DNA of 64,000 nucleotides from Bacteroidota bacterium (GTDB lineage Bacteria; Bacteroidota; Ignavibacteria; OLB7), in the NCBI GenBank assembly GCA_048498995.1, contig JBEHWX010000013.1, positions 19,437 through 83,436 on the forward strand. Direction: 5' to 3'. Within the stretch, counting starts at the first letter, position 1. Every line of letters begins with the position of its first letter. Below the pieces are notes generated by a model, which was not told the DNA's origin, ran no database searches, and saw only the letters and a list, made by a program, of their open reading frames with translations. This document shows, piece after piece, positions 1 to 12,154 of this stretch. Both the position numbers and the translations under genes were made by a program.

Positions 1-439
1 ACCAGGAGGGAGAATCGGGACGGGCCATCACGCCCCGCTCGATCTCCAGCTCGAGCAGGCTGCGCGGCTCCTCGGCAAGCCGATCGAGCCAGGGGTAGCG
101 TCGCAGGAGCGTGCCGTCGCGCGCGATCATCTCGTAGCTCGGCATCCATCCGGCTCGCGACCCGACGAGTCCGAGCACGAACGGCCGGCGCAGGTGAAGC
201 TCATCCAGCGAGAGCCGGACGAGCGTATCCGGCTCGGCGCCACGCGTGGGCGCGCCACGACGGAAGTCGATGCCGGCAAGCTCGGCGCCGCGGTCGTGGC
301 AGATCCGTCGAAGCTCGGGGAAGACATGCTCGGCCAGGTGCTCCCGCTCGCCGGACATCTCATCGGCGGCGCTGGCCACGTACACGCGGAGCTCGCGAGG
401 GATCGGTCCCGTTTGCATCGTGGTCTGGAGGTCGATCAT
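1..439 (-). CDS. DUF4062-domain protein, N-terminal part (gene continues beyond window start)
   Basis: Minus-strand frame from ATG at 439 reads MIDLQTTMQTGPIPRELRVYVASAADEMSGEREHLAEHVFPELRRICHDRGAELAGIDFRRG...VLGLVGSRAGWMP. This matches the remembered DUF4062 pattern (S-T-F-x-D-M-x-x-E-R-x-x-L-x-x-x-V-F-P-x-L / LLG-x-R-YGW-P). The ORF track lists only a different-frame artefact here. Confidence 0.5.
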   Translation of the reverse strand, partial: MIDLQTTMQTGPIPRELRVYVASAADEMSGEREHLAEHVFPELRRICHDRGAELAGIDFRRGAPTRGAEPDTLVRLSLDELHLRRPFVLGLVGSRAGWMPSYEMIARDGTLLRRYPWLDRLAEEPRSLLELEIERGVMARPDSPSW

Positions 440-532
440 GTCGGTACGGTCGGAGTGTTGAGGAGAGAAGCGCGGGACGAGGATGCCTTGCGCGGGAGAG
501 GCACAAGCAGGAGACGCGCGAGCATCACCGCG

Positions 533-2197
533 TCAAAGCGTCGCCAGGAGCAGGGAGAGGCTTTCGCCGGCGGCAAGGCCGAGCTTGCGCCGCATCCGGT
601 AACGATGGTTCTCGATCGTCCGCTCGGAGGTGTAGAGGATGTTCGCGATCTCCTTCGAGGACATGTTGCCGCGCAGCAGCGCGCAGATCCGCACTTCCGT
701 GGTCGTCAGCTTCGGGAAACGCTCGAGCAGCCGCGCCACGAACTCCGGATGCAGTCGGTCGAACGTCCGCTCGAACTCGCGCCAGGCATCGTCGCCGGCG
801 GCCGGCGCCAGTCGGTCGACGAGCTCGCCGAGGTCATGCTGGTCCGATCCGGCCACGCCGTCCACGTTCCGCCGGAGCGCGCGGAGCGCCTCTTCCCGCT
901 GGACCAGGGAGGTCGCCATTGCCGCCAGCTCCCTGGTGCGGAGGTCGAGCTCCTCGCGCAGCTCCTCGGCCTCCCGTCGGGCACGCTCCAGCGCGTGCTC
1001 GGCGCCGTCGACCCTCGTTCGGGCATCGAGCTCGACCACGGCGCGTCGCGCATCGGTCCGCTCCAGGTGCTCCCGAAGATCGGAGGCGAGCTTGAAATGT
1101 CGGAGCGCCGCCCCCTGCTCCCCCAGCCGGTCGTAGATCGCCGCCAGCATCTCATGAACGCGACGGGACACGGCACCATCACCCGACCGCTCCGCCGGCT
1201 CCACCGCGCGATCGAGCATGGCGATCGCATCCCACCAGACTTCCAGCCTCGCGCACTGAGCAGCGCCGGCGACCAACGCACGCGCCTCGAGCGCCGGATC
1301 GCCAGCGGCCACGCCGATCTCCGCCGCGCGCCGATAGACCGCCATCGCGACCTCCGGACGCTCCCCGGCGTCGAGATCCGCCACCGCGATCATCGCCTCG
1401 CCGGCGCCGCGAAGGTCGCCGACCTGTTCGTGCAGCAGCAGGGCACGCATGGCATGCTCGCGCGCCTCGTCGGAGCGTCCGAGCGCCGAACAGACGGCGG
1501 CGAGGTTGCCGCGGGCCGAAGCCTCCAGGTGGCGGTCGCCGGTCTCGCGCGCGAGCCCGAGAGCACGCTCGAGGAGGCCGAGCGCGGACTCCGGATCTCC
1601 CATCCGCGCGTGGGCCACGCCGGCATCGACACAGGCCGCGGCCAGCATCACCCGATCCCCATCCTCCTCGGCTTCCATGATCTCGACCGCGGCGCGATGG
1701 TGTCCGGCCCCCTCGGCAATGTCCCCGATGCCGACCAGCACGCCACCGAGCGCGGCGTGCGCCACTGCCTCCATCTCCCGAAGCCCAGCTTGCCGCGCGC
1801 GCCGAAGCGCGTCGCGATAGGCAACCACCGCCGATTCGGGTGTGCCGAGCCTGGCCCGCGCATGGCCGATCGCCAGCGCCAGCTCCGCCCCCTCCTCCAG
1901 GTCGCCGAGCTCATCGCTGAGGTCGAGCGCGCGCCTGTGCGCGTCGAGCGCCTCGCGATGCCGCGACAGGGCGGCAAGACAACGTCCAAGCTGCCGGAGC
2001 GCAAGCGCCAGCGAGCGCCGGTCGTCGAGCCCCTCGGCCGCATCGAGCGCTTCCTCGGCAAGCGAGAGCGCCTGGCCGGGATCGCTCCTGAGCGCGCGAC
2101 GCGACGCGGCGACCGCCCGCGAGAGCGCTTCCTTCCGCTCGACATGTGTCGGAAGACGGCGCGCGGAGCTATCCGCATCAGGCTCGTGAGAGACCAT
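533..2197 (-). CDS. TPR-repeat LuxR-family transcriptional regulator
   Basis: 604-aa ORF with many Ala/Leu-rich TPR-like repeats and a C-terminal LuxR HTH (TTTEVRICALLRGNMSSKEIANILYTSERTIENHRYRMRRKLGL). Start placed at internal Met (MVSHEPDADSS) at 2197. Confidence 0.75.
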   Translation of the reverse strand: MVSHEPDADSSARRLPTHVERKEALSRAVAASRRALRSDPGQALSLAEEALDAAEGLDDRRSLALALRQLGRCLAALSRHREALDAHRRALDLSDELGDLEEGAELALAIGHARARLGTPESAVVAYRDALRRARQAGLREMEAVAHAALGGVLVGIGDIAEGAGHHRAAVEIMEAEEDGDRVMLAAACVDAGVAHARMGDPESALGLLERALGLARETGDRHLEASARGNLAAVCSALGRSDEAREHAMRALLLHEQVGDLRGAGEAMIAVADLDAGERPEVAMAVYRRAAEIGVAAGDPALEARALVAGAAQCARLEVWWDAIAMLDRAVEPAERSGDGAVSRRVHEMLAAIYDRLGEQGAALRHFKLASDLREHLERTDARRAVVELDARTRVDGAEHALERARREAEELREELDLRTRELAAMATSLVQREEALRALRRNVDGVAGSDQHDLGELVDRLAPAAGDDAWREFERTFDRLHPEFVARLLERFPKLTTTEVRICALLRGNMSSKEIANILYTSERTIENHRYRMRRKLGLAAGESLSLLLATL

Positions 2198-2568
2198 GAG
2201 ACAACGGGGAGAATGATTCGGAGATATGACGACGCGTGGCCGCGAAAGGCCCGGCGGAGAGGCTGTCGCCGACGCGGGCCGGTCGCACCGGAGGACGAAC
2301 GCCGAAGCTAACCAGGAGACCAGGGATTGACAAGTAACCTTCCCCACGGCCGCATCTTGATACTTCCCTTATCCCCCACCTCCCACTCTTGAGTCCGGTC
2401 TTATGCGGGCGAGACGAAGTTGTAGATGCGATCGACGACGAGCGTGAGCGGCCGCGAAGGCATGATGCCGGCGGCGGCCTCCCGAGCTCTCGCCGATCGG
2501 GGAATGAACATGAACGAACGGGGATTCCGCCCATGACTTCGTTGTATGACACCTTTTCCGGTCGCGGC

Positions 2569-3984
2569 GCGATGCGAATGCTGTTGGTGACGCTCGCGGC
2601 CTGCGTGCCGCTCGGCCGCGGCTCGGCGCAATCGCTCCCGACCGCCGCGATACGTGACTCGGCGCGGACCGCCGCGACGCCGGCCGGGCTACGGGCCGAT
2701 CCCGCTGTCCCGGCCGATTCGACGACGGCCGCGCATGCGGCCTCCGACGAGCCGTTCGCATGGGGAGACTTCACCTGGCTGCAGGGAAACAACCGCATGC
2801 ACAACCAGGTGCTCTCCTCGAAATACTTCACCGGTGACGTGACGCTCGACGTCAACTACAACCACAGTTTTCACCGCCCGGTCGATCACACGACATCCGG
2901 CTCCACGGCCACGTTCCGCTCGGGAGAGCTGAACATATCATACATCGAGGCCGGCGGTGATTTTCACGATCCGGAGAGCGGCGCCCGCGCCCGGCTGATG
3001 CTCCAGTTCGGAACGCGCGCCACCGGCGTGCCCCGCAACGACAATACCCCGCTCCGCGGACAGTTCGACCTGTACACCGCGCTCCGGTTCGTGACCGAGG
3101 GATATGCCGGCATGCACTTCGACGCCTGGCATGGGATCAATGTCGACGTCGGCATCTTCAAATCGTATGTCGGCCTTCTTTCCTACAACAATTTCGAGAA
3201 CTGGAATTACCAGCCCTCCTTTACCTCCGACAACACGCCCTGGTTTTTCACCGGCATACGCGTTCAGACATTTCCGAGCGATCGACTGAAGCTGGAATAC
3301 TGGATCGTGAACGGCTGGCAGACCTACGGCATGTTCAACGAGCAGCCGGGCTTCGGCGTGCAGGCCATCTGGCGCCCCGAGGAATGGATCTCCATTCTCG
3401 GCAGCGCCTACACCGGATGGGACACGCCGAACACGCCGGGCCGGATCCGGTTCCACACCGACAACAGCGTGCAGATCCGCTATCTCCACAACCCAGGCGG
3501 CGCGATACCGAAGGCGGCATTCTCGCTGACGGGCGACCTCGGCTTCGAGAACGGCGGCGGCGTGGTGCCGTTCGGCGGTGACTCGGCGACGCCGGAGCAG
3601 AATTTCCTGAGCTGGATGCTCTACAACCGCGTGTGGCTCGGCGCAGAGGAGAAATTCGCCTGGACGTTCGGCGGCGGCATGCTTCACAATCCCGGTCGAT
3701 ATCTGGCGCTGCTCCCCACCGGCGCGGGCGTGCTGACGCAGAACCCGGGAGATCAGTTCGACGCATGGGATTTCTCCACCGGCGTTCAGTACATGCCGAA
3801 CGAGCATGTCACCTGGGGAGTGGAATATGTCCGCCGCCATGCGAGCGTCCCCTATTTCTCGGGCCCGGGCGGACTTACCTCACCGAACGGCTGGAATCCA
3901 CCGATCGGTGACCCGACGGGATTCGCCGCCGATCTGGTGAAAGACGAGAGCCGGGTCATCGGCTCGATGATCGTCAGGTTCTGA
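2569..3984 (+). CDS. outer-membrane beta-barrel protein (putative porin) immediately upstream of kdp
   Basis: Signal peptide MRMLLVTLAACVPLGRGSAQS. Aromatic-rich alternating beta-strand pattern. C-terminal ...GSMIVRF ends in Phe, typical of OM beta-barrels. Start chosen at the signal-peptide Met, not the ORF-track start 2389. Confidence 0.55.
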   Translation, partial: AMRMLLVTLAACVPLGRGSAQSLPTAAIRDSARTAATPAGLRADPAVPADSTTAAHAASDEPFAWGDFTWLQGNNRMHNQVLSSKYFTGDVTLDVNYNHSFHRPVDHTTSGSTATFRSGELNISYIEAGGDFHDPESGARARLMLQFGTRATGVPRNDNTPLRGQFDLYTALRFVTEGYAGMHFDAWHGINVDVGIFKSYVGLLSYNNFENWNYQPSFTSDNTPWFFTGIRVQTFPSDRLKLEYWIVNGWQTYGMFNEQPGFGVQAIWRPEEWISILGSAYTGWDTPNTPGRIRFHTDNSVQIRYLHNPGGAIPKAAFSLTGDLGFENGGGVVPFGGDSATPEQNFLSWMLYNRVWLGAEEKFAWTFGGGMLHNPGRYLALLPTGAGVLTQNPGDQFDAWDFSTGVQYMPNEHVTWGVEYVRRHASVPYFSGPGGLTSPNGWNPPIGDPTGFAADLVKDESRVIGSMIVRF

Positions 3985-4039
3985 GGTCTCCGATTACGCA
4001 CGTCGATTCAGCGATACTCGGCATCATCAAGGTGACATC

Positions 4040-4123
4040 ATGCTCGACGCACTCTTTATCGTGATCATCGTCGCGTTCATCGCGGCATGTATCGGCTACG
4101 TTTTCGCCTGCGAGCGTCTGTGA
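4040..4123 (+). CDS. 27-aa hydrophobic peptide (possible second KdpF-like or leader peptide)
   Basis: ATG 4040, TGA 4121-4123. MLDALFIVIIVAFIAACIGYVFACERL has a single TM-like helix. AAGGTG Shine-Dalgarno 5 nt upstream. Lies directly 5' of kdpF. Confidence 0.3.
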   Translation: MLDALFIVIIVAFIAACIGYVFACERL

Positions 4124-4177
4124 CGCATTCGGCGCACGACACGATCGCGGGCACGACACACACGGGAGATATTCCCC

Positions 4178-4267
4178 ATGGAATTCGATTTCATTCTCGG
4201 AGGGATCGTGGCGATCATCCTCCTGGTCTATCTGACCTACACTCTCCTTCGTCCGGAAAAATTCTAG
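4178..4267 (+). CDS. kdpF: K+-transporting ATPase subunit F
   Basis: 29 aa, [29 protein letters not shown]. Same architecture as E. coli KdpF (hydrophobic helix, GY/VY, C-terminal F). GGGAGA RBS. Ends 13 nt before kdpA. Not in the ORF track (too short). Confidence 0.7.
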   Translation: MEFDFILGGIVAIILLVYLTYTLLRPEKF

Positions 4268-4280
4268 CCGGAGCACTGTC

Positions 4281-6011
4281 ATGACGATCAACGGCATCTT
4301 TCAGATCGTTCTCTTTTTTCTCCTGGTGCTCGCTCTGGCGCGGCCGCTCGGCCTCTACATGAAGCGGCTGTTCGAGGGGGAGCGCACCATCCTGAGCCGC
4401 GCGCTCGGCCCGGTGGAGCGTCTGATCTATCGCCTCTGCGGCGTCGATCCGTCGCATGAGCAGCACTGGACCACGTACACGATCGCCATGCTCCTGTTCA
4501 ACGGGGCGGGTATTCTGCTGCTCTACCTGTTGCAGCGGCTGCAGCACGCGCTCCCGCTCAACCCGCAGGGGCTCGCGCCGGTGGCGCCCGACCTCGCATT
4601 CAACACCGCGGTGAGCTTCGTGACGAACACCAACTGGCAATCCTACGCCGGCGAGTCGACGATGGGATATCTGGTGCAGATGGCCGGTCTGACGGTGCAG
4701 AATTTCGTCTCGTCGGCCACGGGCATCGCGCTCGCGATGGCGCTGATCCGCGCGTTCTCCCGAAGCTCGATGCAGACGCTCGGTAATTTCTGGTCCGATA
4801 TCACCCGCGCCGTGCTGTACCTGCTGCTTCCGATCTCGCTCGTCTTCGCGCTCGTGCTCGTGGCGCAGGGCGTTCCGCAGAATCTCTCCCCCTATGCCAC
4901 GGCGCATACCGTCGAGGGAAGGACGCAGGTGATCGCCCAGGGCCCGGTAGCGTCGCAGGAGGCGATCAAGATGCTCGGGACCAACGGCGGCGGATTCTTC
5001 AACGCGAACTCCGCGCATCCCTACGAAAACCCGACGCCGCTGACGAACCTGCTGCAGATGGTCTCGATTTTCGCGATCGGCGCGGGGCTTACCTACACGT
5101 TCGGCAGCATGGTGAAGGATACGCGCCAGGGGTGGGGAATATTCGCGGCGATGTCGGTCCTCTTTTTCGCCGGCGCGCTAGTGACGTATCACGCGGAATC
5201 CTCCGGCACGCCGTTGCTCGATCGCGCGGGCGTCTCCACCGTCGCCTCTCACGGGCAGGCCGGCGGAAACATGGAGGGAAAAGAGACCCGCTTCGGCATC
5301 GCGACCACGACGCTCTTCGCCACGGTGACCACCGACGCATCGTGCGGCGCGGTCAACGGCATGCACGACAGCTTCACGCCGCTCGGCGGCATGGTGCCGC
5401 TGGTCAACATCGAGCTCGGCGAAGTGATCGTCGGCGGAGTCGGCGCCGGCATGTACGGCATTCTGCTGTTCGCGCTGCTGGCGGTGTTCATCGCCGGACT
5501 GATGGTCGGGCGCACGCCGGAATTCGTCGGCAAGAAAATCGAGGCCAAGGAGATGAAGATGACGGTGCTGGCGCTCGTGCTCGTACTGCCGCTGAGCATT
5601 CTCGGGTTTACGGCGCTTGCCAGCGTGCATCCGGCCGGCATCCGGGGACCGCTCAACGCCGGCCCGCACGGCTTCACGGAAATTCTCTATGCCTACGTCT
5701 CCGGCACCGGCAACAACGGCAGCGCCTTCGCGGGGCTGAGCGCCAACACCCCCTTCTACAACATCACGCTCGCGCTGGCGATGTTGTTCGGACGGTTCCT
5801 CTTCATCGTGCCGGCCATGGCGGTGGCCGGATCGCTCGTCAGGAAGAAGCACATCCCGGCATCGGCCGGCACCTTCCCGACCACCGGGCCGCTCTGGGTC
5901 GGCCTGCTGGTCGGAACCGTCCTGATCGTCGGCGGCCTCACCTTCTTCCCCGCGCTCGCGCTCGGCCCGGTCGTCGAGCATCTGAAGATGCTTGCCGGCG
6001 GGCTGTTCTAA
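4281..6011 (+). CDS. kdpA: K+-transporting ATPase subunit A
   Basis: 576 aa, [36 protein letters not shown]..., polytopic. Canonical KdpA N-terminus and length. Confidence 0.97.
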   Translation: MTINGIFQIVLFFLLVLALARPLGLYMKRLFEGERTILSRALGPVERLIYRLCGVDPSHEQHWTTYTIAMLLFNGAGILLLYLLQRLQHALPLNPQGLAPVAPDLAFNTAVSFVTNTNWQSYAGESTMGYLVQMAGLTVQNFVSSATGIALAMALIRAFSRSSMQTLGNFWSDITRAVLYLLLPISLVFALVLVAQGVPQNLSPYATAHTVEGRTQVIAQGPVASQEAIKMLGTNGGGFFNANSAHPYENPTPLTNLLQMVSIFAIGAGLTYTFGSMVKDTRQGWGIFAAMSVLFFAGALVTYHAESSGTPLLDRAGVSTVASHGQAGGNMEGKETRFGIATTTLFATVTTDASCGAVNGMHDSFTPLGGMVPLVNIELGEVIVGGVGAGMYGILLFALLAVFIAGLMVGRTPEFVGKKIEAKEMKMTVLALVLVLPLSILGFTALASVHPAGIRGPLNAGPHGFTEILYAYVSGTGNNGSAFAGLSANTPFYNITLALAMLFGRFLFIVPAMAVAGSLVRKKHIPASAGTFPTTGPLWVGLLVGTVLIVGGLTFFPALALGPVVEHLKMLAGGLF

Positions 6012-6029
6012 CCAATCGAGAATCCGATC

Positions 6030-8090
<2,061 letters not shown>

Positions 8091-8110
8091 TCATTCATGC
8101 AGGTGCAACG

Positions 8111-8698
8111 ATGCTTTCGCAACTGAAACCGGCGCTCCTGATGGCGCTCGTGATGACCGCGCTGACGGGGCTTCTCTATCCGCTTCTGGTCACCGGCATC
8201 GCGCAGGCGGTCGTTCCGCGTCAGGCCAACGGAAGCCTGATCCGCCGGAACGGCGTGGTGATCGGCTCCGAGCTGATCGGACAGAATTTCTCGGGCCCGG
8301 GTTATTTTCATCCCCGCCCGTCGGCGGCCGGCGCCGGCTACGATGCCGCCGCCTCCGGTGGCTCCAATCTCGGCCCGACCAGCCGGGCACTTGCCGCGCG
8401 CGTCGACAGCCTGGCCGCCGCGCTGCGCGCCGAGAACCCCGGCGTGCCGGTGCCGGTGGACATGGTGACCGCCTCGGCGAGCGGCCTCGATCCGGATATC
8501 TCCCCCGCCGCCGCGGAGTTTCAGCTACCGCGCGTGGCGCGCTCCCGGAATTTTCCGGCCGACCGGCTGCGCGAGCTTGTGCGGCGCGCGACGACTCCGC
8601 GGCAGCTCGGCACCCTCGGCGAGCCCCGCGTCAATGTTCTTCTGTTGAACCTCGCACTCGACTCCCTGGCCGGCGCGCCGGCCGGCGGCGCCCGCTGA
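8111..8698 (+). CDS. kdpC: K+-transporting ATPase subunit C
   Basis: [44 protein letters not shown]... is a KdpC-like N-terminal TM plus periplasmic domain. Start at ATG 8111, within a longer artefactual ORF. Confidence 0.9.
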   Translation: MLSQLKPALLMALVMTALTGLLYPLLVTGIAQAVVPRQANGSLIRRNGVVIGSELIGQNFSGPGYFHPRPSAAGAGYDAAASGGSNLGPTSRALAARVDSLAAALRAENPGVPVPVDMVTASASGLDPDISPAAAEFQLPRVARSRNFPADRLRELVRRATTPRQLGTLGEPRVNVLLLNLALDSLAGAPAGGAR

Positions 8699-8715
8699 CA
8701 CAGGAGCACCCGATC

Positions 8716-11445
8716 ATGGCCGACAACGACGACAGCAAGAGACGTCCGTCGCCGGAGGCGCTGCTGCGAACCGCGGCCGACGAGGCGCGGGCGCGACGCG
8801 GACGCCTGAAGATCTTCCTCGGCGCGGCGCCCGGCGTGGGAAAAACCTTCACGATGCTCGACGGCGCGCGCTTCCGCGCGATGGGTGGCGAGGAGAACAT
8901 CGTGATCGGCGTGGTCGAGACGCACGGCCGCTCCGAGACGGCCGAGCTGATGCTCGGGCTCGACATCGTGCCGCGCCGGAAGGTCGAGTACCAGGGACAT
9001 CTTCTCGAGGAGATGGATCTCGACGCGATCCTCGCGCGGCGCCCCTCCCTCGTGCTCGTCGACGAGCTCGCGCACACCAACGCCCCCGGCTGCCGGCATC
9101 CGAAGCGCTACATGGACGTCGAGGAGCTGCTCGACGCCGGCGTGGATGTCTACACCACGCTCAACATCCAGCACCTCGAAAGCCTGAACGACGCCGTGGC
9201 GCGGATCACCGGCATCCGCGTGCGGGAGACTGTTCCCGACCGGTTCCTGGAGCGGGCCGACGAGGTGGAGCTGGTGGATATCTCCGTGCAGGATCTTCTC
9301 GATCGACTCCGCGAGGGGAAGGTCTACGTGCCGGATCAGGCGGAGCGCGCCATCCGGAACTACTTCCGTCCCGGCAATCTGAGCGCGCTCAGGCAGCTCG
9401 CGCTCCGGCACATGGCCGAGCGGGTCGACGAGCAGATGCATTCCTACATGCAGGCGCACGCCATCCCCGGCCCCTGGCCGGCCACGGAGCGCCTGCTGGT
9501 GAGCGTGGGGCCGAGCCCGCTTTCCCCCAGGCTGGTGCGCGCCACCCGCCGCCGCGCCGAGCGCCGGCACGCCGAGTGGATCGCGGTCTACGTGGAGACT
9601 CCGGCGCACTACCGACTTTCCGAGACCGATCGGGACCGCGTGGCCGGCACGCTCAGACTGGCCGAGGAGCTCGGCGGCGAAACGCTCACGGTCCCCGGCG
9701 CGAGCGTCAGCGAGGAGCTGCTGCACGTGGCCCGCGCGCGCAACGTCACCGAGATCGTCGTCGGCAAGTCGCACCGCGGTCGGCTGTTCGAGCTGATGCA
9801 CGGCTCGATCGTCGCCGATCTGGTGCGCAACAGCGGAGAGATCGACGTGTTCGTGATCAGCGGCGAGGGGGAGCGCGCGGAGCCGCGGGAGGCGCCGCGC
9901 GGCGTCTCGACCGCGCCCACGATGCTGCGCCGGTACCTGACCGGCGCCGCCACCGTCGCGCTGGCGGCCGCCATCTCCTCGGCCCTGAAGGTGAACCTCG
10001 CGCTGCCGAATCTCTCGCTGATCTTTCTGCTGGCGGTGCTCGCCTCCGGCATCACGCTCGGCCTCGGCCCGTCGATCTTCGTGTCGGTGGCCAGCGTGCT
10101 GGTGTACGATTTCTTCTTCGTGCCGCCGCACTACACGTTCACGATCAGCAGCCCGCAGGACGTGCTGGCGCTGGTGACGTTTCTGGTGGTGGCGGTGCTG
10201 ACGAGCAACCTCACCTCCCGCGTGCGCGATCAGGTGGTGGCCGCGCGCAAGCGTGAGGCGCGCACCGGCGCGCTCCTGTCGCTCACGCGCGTCTTGTCGA
10301 CGTCGGTCGGCATGGAGGATGTCGCCCACGCGGTGGTGCATCAGCTCTCGCAGAACCTGCAGGCGCGGGCGGTGCTGCTGGTGCCGCGCGACGAGATGCT
10401 GATGCAACAGGCGGCCGAGCCGGCCGACGCGAGCCTCACCGAGGCCGAGCGGGGCGCGGCCACATGGTCCTGGCGCAACGGCCGGCCTGCCGGACGCGCC
10501 ACCGATACCCTCTCCGGCGAGCGATGGCTCTACCACCCGCTCCGGACCGCCAACGGCGTGGTCGGCGTGATCGCGCTCCGGTTCGAGCAGGAGGAGGCGT
10601 TCGATCCGGAGCATCGACGGCTGATCGAGGCGCTCTGCGCGCAGGCGGCGCTGGCGCTCGAGCGCGCCGCGCTGACGCGCGATCTCGAACAGGCACGACT
10701 TCTCGAGGAGCAGGAACGGCTGCAGGCGATTCTCCTCTCCTCCATCTCCCACGATCTGCGCACGCCGCTGGCCTCGATCATCGGTGCCGCCTCAAGCCTC
10801 CAGGAGTCGCCGGAAGTGTTCGACGCCGAGGCCCGCCGCGATCTGCTGGCCACGATCCACGAGGAGGCCGAGCGGCTCAACAGGTTCGTCGGCAACCTCC
10901 TGGACACCACGCGGATCGAGTCCGGGGCGCTGAAGCTGGATCGGGACTGGGTGGAGGTGCAGGACGTGATCGGCAGCGCCGCCGGACGCCTTGCCGCGCG
11001 TCTGAAGGAGCATCCCTTCTCCTACCGCCAGGATGACCGGCTCCCGATGGTCCGGCTGGACTTCGTGCTGATGGAACAGGTCTTCGTGAACCTGCTCGAC
11101 AACGCGGCAAAGTATTCGCCGGCCGGCGCGCCGATCCGGGTGCGCGCTCGCCGCCGTGAGGAGATGCTCGAGGTGACCGTGGAGGATGAGGGAGCGGGGG
11201 TTCCGAGGGAGGATCTGGAGAAGATCTTCGACAAGTTCTTCCGCGTGCACCGCGGCGACCGGCAGATGGCCGGCTCCGGGCTCGGGCTGTCGATCTGCCG
11301 CGCGATCGTGGCGGAGCATGGCGGCCGTATCACCGCCTCCAGCCCCGGCCCGCACGGACGGGGAACGGTCTTCTCCCTGCTCCTGCCGATCGAGGAGGAT
11401 CCCGCGCTCGCCCATGCCGATGCGATCAACAGCGAGGAACAATGA
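8716..11445 (+). CDS. kdpD: sensor histidine kinase KdpD
   Basis: 909 aa. N-terminal KdpD domain (GAAPGVGKTFTML, P-loop), Usp-like region, 4 TM, GAF-like region, HisKA (SHDLRTPL), HATPase_c (GLGLSI). Confidence 0.95.
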   Translation: MADNDDSKRRPSPEALLRTAADEARARRGRLKIFLGAAPGVGKTFTMLDGARFRAMGGEENIVIGVVETHGRSETAELMLGLDIVPRRKVEYQGHLLEEMDLDAILARRPSLVLVDELAHTNAPGCRHPKRYMDVEELLDAGVDVYTTLNIQHLESLNDAVARITGIRVRETVPDRFLERADEVELVDISVQDLLDRLREGKVYVPDQAERAIRNYFRPGNLSALRQLALRHMAERVDEQMHSYMQAHAIPGPWPATERLLVSVGPSPLSPRLVRATRRRAERRHAEWIAVYVETPAHYRLSETDRDRVAGTLRLAEELGGETLTVPGASVSEELLHVARARNVTEIVVGKSHRGRLFELMHGSIVADLVRNSGEIDVFVISGEGERAEPREAPRGVSTAPTMLRRYLTGAATVALAAAISSALKVNLALPNLSLIFLLAVLASGITLGLGPSIFVSVASVLVYDFFFVPPHYTFTISSPQDVLALVTFLVVAVLTSNLTSRVRDQVVAARKREARTGALLSLTRVLSTSVGMEDVAHAVVHQLSQNLQARAVLLVPRDEMLMQQAAEPADASLTEAERGAATWSWRNGRPAGRATDTLSGERWLYHPLRTANGVVGVIALRFEQEEAFDPEHRRLIEALCAQAALALERAALTRDLEQARLLEEQERLQAILLSSISHDLRTPLASIIGAASSLQESPEVFDAEARRDLLATIHEEAERLNRFVGNLLDTTRIESGALKLDRDWVEVQDVIGSAAGRLAARLKEHPFSYRQDDRLPMVRLDFVLMEQVFVNLLDNAAKYSPAGAPIRVRARRREEMLEVTVEDEGAGVPREDLEKIFDKFFRVHRGDRQMAGSGLGLSICRAIVAEHGGRITASSPGPHGRGTVFSLLLPIEEDPALAHADAINSEEQ

Positions 11446-11455
11446 ACGGGAAGCC

Positions 11456-12151
11456 ATGAAGGAGATTCCGATCCGCATCCTGATTGTCGACGACGAGCCG
11501 CAGATCCGGCGTCTGCTCCGTGCCACGCTCACCGCGCACGGCTACACGACCGTCGAGGCGGCCTCCGGCGCCGAGGCGCTCCGCATGGCCACGACGGAGC
11601 ATCCGGAGCTGATCATCCTCGACCTCGGCCTTCCCGATATCGACGGCACCGATGTCATCCGTCGAGTGCGGGAGTGGTCGAGCGTGCCGATCATCGTCCT
11701 GTCGGTCCGCTCCGCTGAGCGTGAGAAGATCGACGCGCTGGACCACGGCGCCGATGATTACGTCACCAAGCCGTTCGGCGCCGGTGAGCTGCTGGCGCGC
11801 ATCCGCGCGGCGTTGCGCCATCGCCTGCAGGCCGAGGCATCCGATCCGATCTACCGCAACGGCGGACTGGTCGTGGACATGGCGCGGCGCGTGGTGACGA
11901 TGGACGGCGAGGAGGTGAAGCTGACGCCGAAGGAATACGAGCTGCTGCGGCAGCTGGTGATCCACGCCGGCAAGGTGCTCACGCACCAGCATCTGCTGCG
12001 CGAGGTATGGGGGCCGACGCACGTCGGCGAGACGCACTATCTGCGCGTCTTCATCGGCACGCTCCGCGGCAAGATCGAGCGCGACACCGCGCGCCCCCGC
12101 TACATCGTGACCGAGCCGGGCGTGGGATACAGAATGAAGGAAGAAGGATAG
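11456..12151 (+). CDS. kdpE: response regulator KdpE (OmpR family)
   Basis: MKEIPIRILIVDDEPQIRRLL... receiver domain plus C-terminal winged-helix (YRMKEEG). Start ATG 11456, inside a longer ORF-track entry. Confidence 0.9.
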   Translation: MKEIPIRILIVDDEPQIRRLLRATLTAHGYTTVEAASGAEALRMATTEHPELIILDLGLPDIDGTDVIRRVREWSSVPIIVLSVRSAEREKIDALDHGADDYVTKPFGAGELLARIRAALRHRLQAEASDPIYRNGGLVVDMARRVVTMDGEEVKLTPKEYELLRQLVIHAGKVLTHQHLLREVWGPTHVGETHYLRVFIGTLRGKIERDTARPRYIVTEPGVGYRMKEEG

Positions 12152-12154
12152 CGC

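Noticed and set aside
194-2311. 705-aa plus-strand ORF
   Set aside because: Antisense to the TPR-LuxR gene; Arg/Ala-rich composition typical of GC-rich frame artefacts. The minus-strand reading has a clear LuxR HTH.
8521-10752. 743-aa minus-strand ORF
   Set aside because: Antisense to kdpD, which has unmistakable domain architecture.
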